A DNA stretch of 64,000 nt, taken from Squalus acanthias (Eukaryota). A program made the translations under genes and the position numbers. Positions 26,065-39,342 of this stretch are shown one piece after another; within the stretch, counting starts at the first letter, position 1; every line of letters begins with the position of its first letter. The notes under the pieces were generated by a model. It made no database searches and was not told where the DNA came from. It was given only the letters and a program-made list of their open reading frames with translations. The DNA lies in the NCBI GenBank assembly GCA_030390025.1, contig CM059431.1:135348001-135412000 (forward strand). The letters run 5' to 3'.

Positions 26065-28389
26065 TTCTCTTCTTAGGCAGTCCCTTGGAACCGAGGATGA
26101 CTTGCTTCCACATTAAAAATGAGTTCTCAGTGACTGAGGAGTCCAATGCGGGACCTACAGTCTCTGTCACAGGTGGGGCAGACAGTGGTTGAAGGGACGA
26201 GTGGGTGGGGTGCTTGGGTTGACGTGCGCTCCTTCCGCTGTTTGTGCTTAGCTTCTGCTTGCTCCCGACGAAGAGACTCGAGGTATTTGGCGCCTTCCCG
26301 AATGCTTCTCCTTCACTTTGTACAGTCTTGGGCCAGGGATTCCCAGGTGTCGGTGGGGATGTTGCACTTTTTCAAGGAGGCTTTGAGGGTGTCCTTGAAG
26401 CGTTTCCTCTGCCCACCTGGGGCTCTCTTGCCGTGTCAGAGCTCCGAGTAGAGCGCTTGTTTTGGGAGTCTCGTATCGGGCATGTGGACGATGTGACCCG
26501 TCCATAGGAGCTCATCGAGCGTGGTCAAAGCTTCGATGCTGGGGATGTTGGCCTGAGCGAGAACACTGACATTGGTGTGCCTATCCTGCCAATGGATTTG
26601 CAGGATCTTGCGGAGGCAGCGTTGGTGGTACCTCTCCAGTGCTTTGAGGTGCCTGCTGTACATGGTCCATGTCTCTGAGGCATACAGGAGGGTGGGTATT
26701 ACTACTGCTCTGTAGACCATGAGCTTGGTGCTGGGTTTGAGGTCCTGGTCTTCAAATACTCTCTTCCTCAGGTGACCGAAGGCTGCACTGGCACACTGAA
26801 GGCAGTGTTGGACTTCGTCATCGACGTCTGCCCTTGTTGACAGTAGGCTCCCGAGGTATGGAAAGTGGTCCACGTTGTCCAAGACCTTATCATGGATTTT
26901 GATAATCGGGGGGCAGTACTGTGTGGCGGGGGCAGGTTGGTAGAGGACCTTTGTCTTACGGATGTTTAGTGTAAGGCCCATGCTCTCGTACGCTTCGGTG
27001 AAGGTGTTAACGATGGTTGGGAGTTCGCCCTTTGAGTGTGCGCAGACGCAAGCGTTGTCTGCATACTGTAATTCGACGACAGAGGATGGGACGACCTTGG
27101 ATCTGGACTGGAGGCAACGGAGGTTGAACAGTTTCCCGTTTGTTCTGTAAATTAGCTCCACTCCAGCGGGGAGCTTACTGAGGGTGAGATGGAGCATTGC
27201 CGCAAAGAAAATCGAGAAGAGCGTTGGTGCGATGACACAGCCTTGCTTGACCCCGGTTTGTACGTGAATTGGGTCTGTGGTGGAACCATTGGTCAGGATC
27301 ATGGCTTGCATGTCGTCGTGAAGCAGGCGGAGGATGGTGACAAACGTTTGAGGGCAGCCGAATTTGAGGAGGACACTCCATAATCCCTCATGGTTGACAG
27401 TGTCAAAGGCCTTTGTGAGGTCAAAGAAGGCCATGTACAGCTGTGCTGGTGCTGTTCCCTGCATTTCTCTTGTAATTGATGCGCGGTGAAGATCATGTCC
27501 ATTGTGCCCCTTAGTGGGTGGAATCCGCATTGCGACTCTGGGAGGAGCTCTTCAGCCACTGGGAGAAGGCGATTGAGGATGATTCTTGCGATGACTTTCC
27601 CTCTGGCAGACAGCAGGGAAACTCCTCTGTAATTACCGCAATCAGACTTGTCACCTTTCTTGAAGATGGTCACAATTACGGCATCTCTGAGATCCCCTGG
27701 CATGCTCTCCTCCTTCCAGATAAGAGAAATGAGTTCTTGAATTCACGCCAGTAGTGCTTCTCCGCCATGCTTTAGCGCCTCGGCAGGAATTCCATCTGCT
27801 CCTGAGTCCTTGTTGTTCTTCAGTTGTCGGATGGCCTTTTCAACCTTTTGCCGGGCTGGGGTTGTGCTGAGATGGTGGCGGGTAGCATGCTGCGGGATGG
27901 AGTTGAGGACGCGCGCGTTGAAGACAGAGTCTCGGCTAAGGAGATCTTCGAAGTGCACCTTCCAGCGGGCACTGACTGCCTCTCTGCCCTTGATGAGTAC
28001 CTCTCCGTTCTTGGCCCGCAGTGGGGTAGGACCTTGGGTGCTTGGGCCGTAGGTGGTCTTGACTGCGCTAAAGAATCTACGCACGTCGTGGTTGTCGGCT
28101 AGCTGCTGGATCTCCTGCGCTTTCTCCACCCACCACCTGTTCTTTAGGTCGAGAGTTTTTTGTTGGCCCTCGGCCTTCAGGCGTCTGTAGAGCTGCTTTC
28201 TTGCTCTTGAGTTGTGTTGCTGTTTCCAGATCAGGAATGCCTTGCGCTTGTGGCTTATTAGCTCCTGGATCTCCTGGTCGTTCTCGTTGAACCAGTCTTG
28301 GTGTTTCCTGGTTGAGTGACCGAGCGTCTCTTCACAGGTGCTGATTATGGAGGCCTTGAGTGCAGACCAGGCGCTGTGGACACTCTGAC
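26065..28389 (-). mobile_element. RTE-clade LINE, 5'-truncated, frameshifted
   Basis: ORFs with NYRGVSLLS..GKVIARI, LPESQCGF, FFDLTKAFDTV, GVKQGCVIAPTLFSI, LQYADN, RLPKQALYSEL; (AGA)n tail; CR1 resumes either side at CTTTC. Confidence 0.93.
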
Positions 28390-29869
28390 TTTCACCATGA
28401 CTTCGGCAGCATCTTCTTCCTTGGTAAAGACAGATGCAAAGTACTCATGTAGTACCTCAACCATGACCTCTGCCTCCATGCGTAGGTCTCCATTTTGGTC
28501 CCTAATCGGCCCCACCTCTTACTCCCCGTTTATTATTTATGTGCCTACAGAAGACTTTTGGATTCCCGTTTATGTTAGCTACCAATCTATTCTCATACTC
28601 TTTCTATGCCCCTCTTATTTCCTTTTTCACTTCCCCTCTGAACTTTTTATATTCAGCCTGATTCTCACTTGTATTCTCAACCTGACATCTGTCATATGCC
28701 CCCTTTTTCTGCTTCATCTTACTCTCTATCTCTTTCGTCATCCAGGGAGCTCTGGCTTTGGTTGCCCTACCTTTCCCCCTCGTGGGAATGTACCTTGACT
28801 CTACCCGAACCATCTCCTCTTTAAAGGCAGCCCATTGTTTGATTACAATTTTGCCTGCCAATCTTTGATTCCAATTTACCCGGGCCAGATCCATTTTCAA
28901 CCCACTGAAATTGGCCTTCCTCCAATTAAGTATTTTTACTCTAGATTACTCCCAGTCCTTTTCCATAGCTAATCTAATGCTTATGATACAGTGAGCACTG
29001 TTCCCTAAATGTTCCCCTACTGACACTTGCTCTACTTAATCCACCTCATTCCCCAGAACCAGATTCAGCAATGCCTCCTTCCTCGTTGGGCTGGAAACAT
29101 GCTGATGAAGAAGGTTGTCCTGAACACACTTCAGAAATTCTTCCCCCTCTCTGCCCTTTGCATTATTACTATCCCAGTCTATATTAGGAGAGTTGAAGTC
29201 CCCCATTATCACTACTCTATAGTTCTTGCACCTCTCTGTAATTTCCCTGAAAATTTGCTCCTCTATATTTTTCCCACTAATTGGCAGCCTATAGAATACA
29301 CCTAGTACTGTAATGGCACCTCTATTATTTCTCAACTCTAACCAAATAGATTCTGTCCTTGACCCCTCCAGGACATCCTCTCTCTCCAGCACTGTAATAT
29401 TCTCCTTAATCAATACTGCCACACCACCTCCTTTCTTTCCTCCCTAGCTTTCCTGAACACCTTATATCCAGGAATATTTAGTACCCAATCCTGCCCTATT
29501 ATGAGCCATGTCTACGTTATCGCCACGACATCATATTCCCACGTGTCTATTTGTGGCTGCAGCTCACCAACCTTATTTACCACACTTTGTGTGTTCACAC
29601 ACATGCACTGTAAACCTATCTTAGACCTTCTTGTATTCTCTCTTAGTCTGACCCCACATAATACCTTACTATTTCTCACTCTGGGCTTAACTTGGGCTCT
29701 GTGGTTCCACTCCTCCTTTTCAGTCAGAAGTCTCACCCGCCTTCCTCCTCTCGGTCTGCTTGCGATTCACTCCTTTTGCGTTCACCCAGCCCTGTCTCCA
29801 AGCTCTGTGCTCTCTGCTTAGTTACCCACTAAAGATGCCAGAAAGTTAGGGCTGGTGCATTCAGGAGTA

Positions 29870-30330
29870 AGTGAATTTTTAACGTCCTATCCAGACTGCT
29901 TTAGCTACTTCAACGACAACTTCAACTTTTTGTGCTCGCTTTGGTCCTAACATATTTAAATATAATCTATTCTTCATGATGAATTTCACTTCCCTTACAA
30001 ATCCCCCTCCCCATTATCTGTAAAAATAAGATTTTCCTTCTTATTCCATCCTGAGGTTAATCATGAAATATAAATTCTACCATTTATTTCAGAAGAACCT
30101 TTGATGACTGGTAGCAATTCTGAAATAACTATCCCTGAATTTAGATACCATAGCCTGATATTTCTTCTTTAGGATTACGGACTCCCTATCCACATCATTG
30201 GTGCTTATACCTAATACATCAACAGCTTTCTTACTCTTTCCCCTTTAGCAGAACAACCACTCTATTATCAATATCCTTAACTCTCGCCCCGGGAAAATGC
30301 ATGGCTGAATTACTTCTGTTACTTACCTAG
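29870..30330 (-). pseudogene. Old SGNH-esterase (LINE ORF1-type) remnant
   Basis: Minus-strand peptide HFPGARVKDIDNRV..LGISTNDV resembles the GARVKDI..NDI motif at 45950-46045. Confidence 0.55.
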
Positions 30331-30794
30331 TCGTTCATGTTTACCTTGTGGCTTACATTTGCTTGAGTAAAGATTGGTTGTTGAATATATGGCCTTATCC
30401 TGTTCCCTAGGTTTTTATAATCTATTATATATTAAATTTGGAACATGGGGTACATGCTTCATTGAATTGAAGCATTATGAAATATTGGGAGGTGTGGCTC
30501 ATTAAACGATGCAAGTATAATTGGGAGGGAGGACCAAGGTAATCGAGAGGAATAAGTTTGCATACAGCTGAAACTGGTTAGGTCCCAAGTTGATAATTGG
30601 CATCTTTTATAGGCCTCCAGTGATTTGGGCAGAAGATAACAGCGAGCTATGTATGCAAATTAGCAAAGGAATGTTGTACTGTGATTATGCCAACTATCCG
30701 TCTATAAGCTGGGGAGTTACCAGAGGAATTTGAGACTGAATGATAGTTTCCATATTTAGCATGTTGGTGATGATACCAGAGGAGAAAACTTAAT

Positions 30795-31280
30795 GGGGGA
30801 AAAATTCATTAGCGACCATTTTGGGTCGCTAAGATCGCCTTGGCGCTAAATTTAGCGCCTGGCGAAAAATAGCGCCAGCGATCGCTAACTTCAGTTTTAG
30901 CGCCCCAAGAGGAAGGTGAAGCGCTAATTCAAGCGCTCCACTTCCTTCTTAGAGCGCTAACCCCGAATGTCGGGGCGGTGCGTTCTGCAGCGCTACACAC
31001 TGGGCCACATGGCGCTGCCACATGGAAGAGCTTTTCCCCTCATTAAAGGGGAGGACCCAAGCCCACAATCTGTGGGGGGGCCCTACCTGGACTACTGGGG
31101 AGCGGGGTGCCATGCCAGCAGCCCAGTGCACAAGAGGAGTGCCAGGCTGCCAGATCGCGGCACGGTCCCCGCGTTCAAAGACGCAATGGGTAAGTTGGAC
31201 GATTTTTTTTTCCCCGCCCGCCACCTCCCCTTTACTTAACGCCCCGCGAGCCTCCTGCCGCTCCGTTCCCACCCCCTGAA
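30795..31280. mobile_element. Truncated Harbinger-family MITE end
   Basis: GGGGGAAAAATT terminus; colinear with 25045-25300; second TIR not found. Confidence 0.7.
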
Positions 31281-31299
31281 CACCAGCACACTCTTCATC

Positions 31300-33300
31300 C
31301 TCTAAAATTAAGAGGGGTTCAACTAACTCTCCACAGTGTGCACTCTGGTTAAGAGAGGCACTAACTTTGGATCTTTCAGTATATTCTTCATTGCAGACAA
31401 CAATGAAGTGTGTGGCAACCTCACTGAAATCTGCAACAGCCTCACACAAAGAAGCAGCCAGGGAACAGTTGGTGCTTCCTCCTTCGTGGAAGCACAAACT
31501 CTGTCGGCAGCAGGGGACAGATTAGCTAGCACCCTGTATACTGGCATTTAGATCCTACAGGCTGGGATACAGGCCACTACTTCCCTTGGCTTTCAGGATC
31601 TGATACGTGCTATTAGACCAGCCATACCGCTAATCAGTGAGGAAACAGATCTAGGGCCCAGTGAAATGACGACAGCTGGAAATAACCTGTTGATCCTGTC
31701 ATCTCTCAGGACAGCATTACATACCAGGCATCCAGCCTTTCACTCAGAGCACCATGTCACTGGCATGTAGAAAGTAACACCAGGCTGCCCAGGCACAATC
31801 TCCAGAGATACAGCCAGCAGCAACTTCCTTTCAGAAGCAAGCTACCATGAGAGGCTGGCCACCTCAGTCCCATGACCCTTTTGTAGAGTTTGAGCAGCCA
31901 AACATTTCCACTGGCATTCAGGTAACACCTCGAAGAAGCACATAAGTGAAAGAAAGGCACATTTAATCACCCAGGGAATGAATGGTATGAGGAAAGAGAA
32001 GGTTGGTTTCTGTTCACTTTGGAGTTTGTTGTATTAAAAGAGAATGTGCACTTATGTCCTGCTTTGCTATTCCTGGAGATTAGAGATATGTAGGAAAGGG
32101 TGGACTTACTTCATGCTGTCTTATTCAATCAAGTAATTATTAGTGGCATGGTCAAATTGGGGGAAAGCGGTTCATGTGTTGCAATGTTCTAGAATGGGTA
32201 CTGAATTGAAGGATTGGTCCTTTATTTGAAAGTGGGGTAGAATGAGTTAAGACAGTGGTGCGAAGGTAGATTGTGTTAGAAGAGAAGATTTTCGTGATCA
32301 GTTTTGCTCTAATATCCCTTGTAGCAGTTGCTGAGGAGTCCTTTGAATGACAGTCATTCTGATTCTGTCCTCTGTGTCGTTATGCCTGAAAAGCAGACAG
32401 GCCATAACCAGGTCTTTTTGGATGGTGAAGTTGTACAGGGCACAGCAGGCTACAGTTAAGTAGGACACATATTCTGGAGCATACTGCAGAACTCCTCTGA
32501 ACCTGTTAAGCAGCAAAAGCGCCCTTTTAGGACCCCAATAGTTTTCTTGATAAACGACTCTGGTAAAGCCATGTACCTCGTTGTCGTGCTCCTCTGCTGC
32601 TGTTTATGCAACTCATAGTGGGGTCATTAGCCATGGAAGTGGGGAGCATGTATTGTCACTCATATTGGCATGACTTTCTTCCTTAAAGAGCTCAGTTAAA
32701 CCCGAATTCCAAAGGATGAATGCAAACTTCCATTGATGTGCAGGATCCTTTTCATGTTGTCACACACAATGTATACATTCAGAGAGTGGGAGTGCTGTTG
32801 AGGTAGTTGAGGAGGGTTTCTGTAGGAGATCACAAAGAAACGTGGCTGCCATCTATTGCACCTTGGACTTTGCGTAAGTCCGTAAACTGGATGACCTTAT
32901 TTTGTTGCTACTTTCCTGTGATGCCAAACTGGCTGGATTCAACAGCTATTCTGAAAGATGCACCAGTCACCTGATGAACACATGCCGGTACAGCACCCTG
33001 GCTGATATTACAGAGTTCCCCTCTAGCTGCCTGAAATTATATGCTGCCATAAAGTTGAGATAAATAGTCACCTTCATGGTCAAGACAGCAGCATGAGAAG
33101 ATGAATGTGGCTGCAGGTCTTCATGCAATAGCTGCTACAGCTCCTCTATTGCCTCTTTGGTGAAATGCATGATTCTAATACTCATATTCTCACTAAGGTT
33201 TTTCACAGGAGCTTTGCTGGACAGAAAAAAAATGGCTGATACTACAGTGAAGAACTGTCCAAAACAGCATGGAGTTTCAAGGCCCATCCCACTAGTGTGC
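31300..33300 (-). pseudogene. Old Harbinger: transposase remnant (-, ~32290-33260) and probable Myb remnant (+)
   Basis: VLQYAPEYVSYLTVACCALYNF and IMHFTKEAIEEL match the intact transposase (LQYSPEQV..VCCMLHN; LRFSKEVVTEL). Confidence 0.7.
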
Positions 33301-33931
33301 TGAAACCATTTGCTGTGCTGGTGCCAGAGTTGAGCAGTGATTAGACATTTCTGTCTGCCATCCAGCAACAAGTGACAGCATATTGTGTCATCCGAGGCCT
33401 TTCTCATTCAGCACCCATTCAGTATACTTCTGGTGGTAGTCAAGTGATGTGCAACCACAGTTGATGGGAAGAGAAAGTTTCAAATAATTAAAATAACACA
33501 CTTTTACAATATCTAAAGACAAATGTGTATGAACTCCAGTGGTAGGCAGACCTTAATATAGCAATTTATGATAATGAGGAGCTGATGTCACCTTTTGGGA
33601 ACTATTTAATTTAAATCGTGTAATCTATTGGGATCAGCAGATTATGACAAATTCCAGGAATGGGAGTTTCATGAATTATTTAATCCAAAATCTCACTGAT
33701 GCAACAGAATATTGAACAATGCAGATGCATTCAGCTCAATGGGAAGCCTGAGGGAGGCTATGTCTGTAACAGATTTCCAGCTGGTGTAACAGAGCTTTGC
33801 TTGTTATCAGTGCAGAGAGACGCCTAATCATACATTCCAGATTGCTGCCTTCTGTTTTGTTAATTTGCAGTTGCTGCAAAGCTGCTGTAACATACTAAAC
33901 TCTAGCACTGTGTTCAGTGAATAAATCTTTG

Positions 33932-34692
33932 GGGGGAAAAATTCAGCTGCTTGCGCCTCCCGTTAGCGCCTTAAATGGGCGCTAATGGGGCGTAAAGCAG
34001 CTAACGCCCGGGCGCAGCGCCGCCCACGCCTCCCGAAAAATTTAGTGGGAGGTTAGCGGCGGCGGCAGCCGGTAGCGCCCTGTGGCGCTGCGCCGCCGGC
34101 GATGACGTCATCGCCGTGCGCAGCGCCCCGCTCGCGCCCCGGCCGTGATCTTCAGTCGCGCCCCCTGATTTACCGCCAGACGCTATGTCCGACGGGTTCA
34201 GGGGGGCGTACGTGCGGCCGGGGCGGCGATATTTAAAGGGGAGGTGGCAGGCGGCCATTTTTGTTGCTGGCCGCCTGCCAGCACCTGCCCCCGGCCCCCG
34301 CGAAGCCCCCCCACCGTGAAGTGCCGGCTGCGCTCCAAGAGCCCGGCACTTCTCTTGAGTGCCGGGCTCTTTTGCCGGCACTCCCGATCCCTGGGAGCCC
34401 AGCTGGGCCCCGGTTCGCGCTGCGCAAGGCCCCTCCCCTTTAAGAAGGGGAGGAAGGCCTGCAATACCGCGGCGCGACGTGCCGCAGCGCGTGGCGCTGC
34501 GGCACGTAGCGCCAGGATATTCACTCGCAGCGCCCCAAGAGGGATGCGGGGTGCTTCCAGTTGCGCCCCGCTTCCCTCTTGGGGCGCAACCACTGAAGTT
34601 CCGGCGCGGGGCCGCTAATTTTTTCGGGGCGCTAAAAGTCGCGCCCCGGCGAGGTTAGCGCCCCAAATGGGGCGCGACTCAATTTTTACCCC
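33932..34692 (+). mobile_element. Young Harbinger-family MITE (761 bp)
   Basis: TIRs GGGGGAAAAATT / AATTTTTACCCC; TTG TSD; left ~90 bp closely matches 53491 onward; very CpG-rich. Confidence 0.92.
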
Positions 34693-34849
34693 TTGGTATT
34701 TGTGTCTCAGGCAGCTTTTAGAAATTGTACATCATAGCCAGCCAAAAAAAAGCTGATTGTGAGAATCCTGCATAAGTTGCAGAAATTCCTCTGTCATAAA
34801 GTCAGAGGTGGGGCTGTTCACTGACAATTATACACAGATTCTACAATTC

Positions 34850-36380
34850 TACACATTTAACGCAAAAATGTGTGAAGTGATACATTTTGGTAGGAAGAAC
34901 AAGGAGAGGCAATATAAACTAAATGATACAATTTTAAAGGGGGTGCAGGAACGGAGAGGCCTGGGGGTATATGTACACAAATCTTTGAAGGTGGCAGGAC
35001 AAGTTGAGAAGGCTGTTATAAAAGCATACGGGATCCTTGGCTTTATTAGTAGAGGTACAGAGTACAAAAGCAAGGATATTATGCTAAATTTTTCTAAAAC
35101 AATGGTTAGGCCTCAGTATTGTGTTCCATTTTGGGCACCACACTTTAGGAAGGATGTCAAGGCCTTCGAGAGAGTGCAGAGGAGATTCACTAGAATGGTA
35201 GCCGGCATGATGGATGTCAGTTATGTGGAGAGACGGCAGAAGCTGAGATTGGTCTCATTAGAGCAGAGAAGGTTAAGAGGAGATGTGATAGAGGTGTTAT
35301 AAATTATGAACAGTTTTGATAGAGTAAATAAGGAGATATTGGGCTGGATTTTGCCAGCCCTGGGGAGGCGGGTTTGGAGGCAGGACTGCTGGGAAAATGG
35401 CAGAATCTGGGGGTGGGTACCCATCCCGCACCCAACCCGCCTCCGTGCCATCTTCCCAGGAGGCGGGTAGTCGACCCGCGGCGGATCCCGTCTCCTGGAG
35501 GTGGGAAGGGAATTACAGCCACTTAACTGCCTGTTAACAGGTAGTTAACTGGCAGTTAAGAAGAGGCGCGGGCTTCCAGACGTCGGGAAACCCCACCAGG
35601 GTCACCGAGGCGAGCAGTGGGTCTGCGGGGGTCGGAGGGGTGCAAAAGTGTGCTGTGGAGGTGAGTGATGGGTGCAAGTGTGGAGAGGTAAGTATGTGAG
35701 GTGAGTGAAAAGTGATAGAAAATGTTTACTTACCTTTGTTTCTTCCTGCAGGCTTCAATCGTTGGGGATGCGGAGACTCTCGCATCTCACCGGCAGAGAT
35801 GACAGATGGCTGCTGCATTCTCCAATGCAACAGCCATCTGATTTCTGCTCACAAAAATTTTTGACAGATGAAACGTCATACGCTGACGTTCTCTGTAACC
35901 GGCATCGCCTTAATTGGCCTGCTAAGCCCACTGGGCGGGCTTAACAAGGTCAATCAAGGGAAAATAGTGTGGGTTGGCCAGACGTCGATGGAGGCGGGAC
36001 TGAAACCCGACAAGCAGCAGTCCCGCCTCCAACGCGCCCCCATTGACAAAATCACTCCCATTGTTTCCAGTGGCAGAAAGGTCAGTAACCAGAGGACACA
36101 GATAACCACAGGCCATAGATTTAAAAAAATTGGCAAAAGAACTAGAGGCGAAATGAGGAGAATTTTTTATGATCTAGAACGCACTACTTGAGAGGATGGT
36201 ACAATCAGATTCCATAGAAACTTTCAAAATACATTTGGACATGTATTTGAAGAGAACTATATTGCAGGGTTATGGGGAGAACGCTGGGGTGTGGGATTAA
36301 ATTGGACAGCTCTTTCAAAGAGCCGGCACAGGCACGACGAGCCGAATGGCCCCCTTCTGTGCTATAAGATTCTATGATGC
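34850..36380 (+). mobile_element. CR1 LINE 3' fragment interrupted by a MITE
   Basis: ORF 34808-35302 ([12 protein letters not shown], RDLGV-like, RRLRGD); resumes at 36060; TTCTATGA tail. Confidence 0.88.
35341..36059. mobile_element. Harbinger-type MITE (second TIR family)
   Basis: Ends GGGCTGGATTTTG / CAAAATCACTCCC; ATT TSD (35338-35340, 36060-36062). Confidence 0.8.
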
Positions 36381-36558
36381 TCTGGTCATTATCACATTGC
36401 TGGTTGTGGGACCTTGCTGTGTGCAAATTGGCTGCTGCATTTCCTACTTTACAACAGTGACTACACTTCAAAAGTACTTCATTGGCTGTAAAGTGTTTAG
36501 CGATGTCCTGAGGTGTGAAAAGCTCTATATAAATTAAAGTTCTTTCTTCCTTCTTTTT
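36381..36558 (+). mobile_element. DeuSINE 3' fragment
   Basis: Matches 1665-1846 and 16243-16418. Confidence 0.8.
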
Positions 36559-37969
36559 CAACCTTCTATATAAAATAAAATCATTAAAGTATCCTTTTTT
36601 TAAATAGTCTCATCTTTAGTTGGGGAGTGTGGCCACGATGTCTGTACAAACCTTTGTTGTCCAGCCATTACTATCTTGAGATCATAGATGAAACTTCTTT
36701 GTAAGCTATTTGAGTAGTTCAGTATATGCTAAGGAGCATGTGTGAACACCATAATCAATTTTCTCTACTGGATTGTAGTTTTAACATTCAAGTTTTGGTT
36801 TCAGAGAGCCCCAAACCCATAGAAAGCTACATCTGACCCTAAATAGCAGTTAATTAAAATTCAGAATGAAGAAATGGATAACCTGGTAAGGACTCTAGTA
36901 TTGTAGGTTCAATCTCTGCAAAGGATCATACTTATGTTACTCACATTAAACTCGGATATTCAGTTCAGTTAACCATTATAATATTCCAATTTCCTCATAC
37001 TCAGCATTCTGATTACAGAATGATTTATCTCATTTTATACTGTGTGCACATTTCTAGCATAGAAAGTTTAGATAATTTATGCTTCATTTTTTCACAGTGT
37101 ATGTCTTTCATGGTATGATATATGAATTTCATTACATAATGGAAGTGAATTCACAAAATGATGCATGAGCTTGCTGACTTCAATTTCTTTAAGTCCATAG
37201 CAGTCCCTTGTGCTTTTTTAATTTGCCAGTTTATCTATATTTTTTGTTTGTTTAACAAGAGGTCAAATAAGTTTTAAACCATTTTGTTGCAAATCTGTGA
37301 ATCCTGGCTAAGTACAATCATCAATAATTCCATGCCATGGCGAAGAGGCATCAAAAAGAAAAAAAATCTCTAATTATACAACAATAATGCATTTTCTCCC
37401 AAATTATAAACTGATGCAAAAATAAAATATTTGCAATAGTCAAAAGTAACGTGTGTGCTAGAAGCAAAAACTTGCGAACTGTTGGAAATTGTCCCCCTTC
37501 CCTCAGGCTTTAAAAACCCCAAGCAATTTACATCTGGAAAAATAAAATTAAAGCAATTTTATGGAGATAATTTTCTGAGTATGTGCCACCAGTGAGGAAG
37601 CTCAGCCAGGTGTGAGGCTCTTTAGCCTCGGGGAGGAGCCGTTATAATGAGGTGATGCGTTCAGGCGCAGGGATCAATATTTTGGGCAAAAAACAGCAAT
37701 GAAATTCTGATAATTGCATGCGTAGCACCCTTGCACCCGAGCTTCCTTTATATTTTAGGCCAGGTATTTGCTTTATGCCCCAATTACAGATGTCTCTGGG
37801 CACAAATGCACAGCAAATTATATCCCTTTGTGTTTAATTTGTGAGCACAGTAATGATTTGTGTTTACTTATCATGCCTGACTTTACATCTTCATTACTCT
37901 CCCTGGAAAAGATAACCAAAGTTATTGTGCCAAAGTTATGCAACTACACAATGAAAAGACTAATATTAT

Positions 37970-39161
37970 CTTTATATGTAGTGTATATGAACTTTAGCAA
38001 GGCTTTTGATAAGGTTCCACATGGCAGACTGGTCACAAAGTTAAAAGCCCATGGGATCCAGGGCAAAATTGGATTCAAAACTGGCTCGGAGACAGGAAGC
38101 AGATGGTAATGGTTGATGGGTGTTTTTGTGACTGGAAGGCTGTTTCCAGTGGGGTTCCGCAGGGCTCAGTACTAGGTCCCTTGCTTTTTGTGGTATATGT
38201 CAACGATCTTGACTTGAATATAGGGGGTATGATTAAGAAGTTTGCAGATGATACTAAAATCGGCTGTGTGGTTGATACTGAAGAAGGAAGCTGTAGACTG
38301 CAGGAAGATATCAATAAATTGGTCAGGTGGGCAGAACAGTGGCAAATGGAATTCAATCCGGAGAAGTGTGAGGTAATGCATTTGGGGAGGGCTAACAAGG
38401 AAAGGGAATACACATTAAATGGTAGGACACTGAGTAGTGTAGAGGAACAAAGGGACCTTGGAGTGCATGTCCACAGATCCCTGAAGGTAGCAGGCCAAGT
38501 AGATAAGGTGGATAAGAAGGCATACAGAATGCTTGCCTTTATTAGCCGTGGCATAGAATACAAGAGCAGCGGGGTTATGCTTCAACTGTATAAAACACTA
38601 GTTAGGCCCAGCTAGAGTACTGCGTGCAGTTCTGGTCACCACATTACAGGAAAGATGTGATTGCACTAGAGAGGGTACAGAGGAGATTTACAAGGATGTT
38701 GCCGGGAGTAGAGAATCTTAGCTATGAGGAAAGACTGGATAGGCTGGGTCTGTTTTCCTTGGAACAGAGGAGGCTGAGGGGAGACCTTATTGAGGTGTAT
38801 AAAATTATGAGGGGCATAGATAAAGTGGATAGAAAGGACCTATTTCCCTTAGCAGATGGGTCAAAAACCAAGGGGCACAGATTTAAAGTAATTGGGGGAA
38901 GGTTTAGAGGGGATTTGAGGGGAAATTTCTTCACCCAGAGGGTTGTGGGGGTCTGGAACTCACTGCCTGAAAGGGTGGTAGAGGCAGGAACCCTAACCAC
39001 ATTTAAAAAGTACTTGGATGTGCTCTTGGGATGCTGCAACCTGCAGGGCTACGGACCAAGAGCTGGGAAGTGGGATTAGGCTGGATAGCTCTTTGTTGGC
39101 CGGTGCGGACACGATGGGCCGAAATGGCCTCCTTCCGTGCTGTAACTTTCTATGATTCTAT
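37970..39161 (+). mobile_element. CR1 LINE 3' portion
   Basis: ORFs 38103-38615 and 38624-39079 ([16 protein letters not shown]); TTCTATGATTCTA tail. Confidence 0.93.
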
Positions 39162-39342
39162 TTGATGCACATTGCTGATATTGCTGACCAACTGTCAAGG
39201 ATTAATGATCCAAAAATAATTAAACGAGACAATTCTTTAGGCTGTGAATTGTAATTTCATTGTGAAGGCAGGCCTGTCGTCAACATCCACATTCATTTGT
39301 AAAAGTCATGAAAAACAAGTAAACTTATTTTACAAGATTTAG

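Larger units (their letters stand above)
23541..29690 (-). mobile_element. CR1 LINE with near-complete decayed ORF2 (EN+RT), host to three nested insertions
   Basis: APE endonuclease (ESIWLEL, VFYR, IMGDFN; 29036-29736), RT ([20 protein letters not shown]; 24327-24854), C-terminus 23559-24035, (ATAGAATC)n tail. Confidence 0.93.

Noticed and set aside
34001..34658. Overlapping GC-rich ORFs or a host CpG-island promoter
   Set aside because: Fully contained in a TIR/TSD-bounded MITE.
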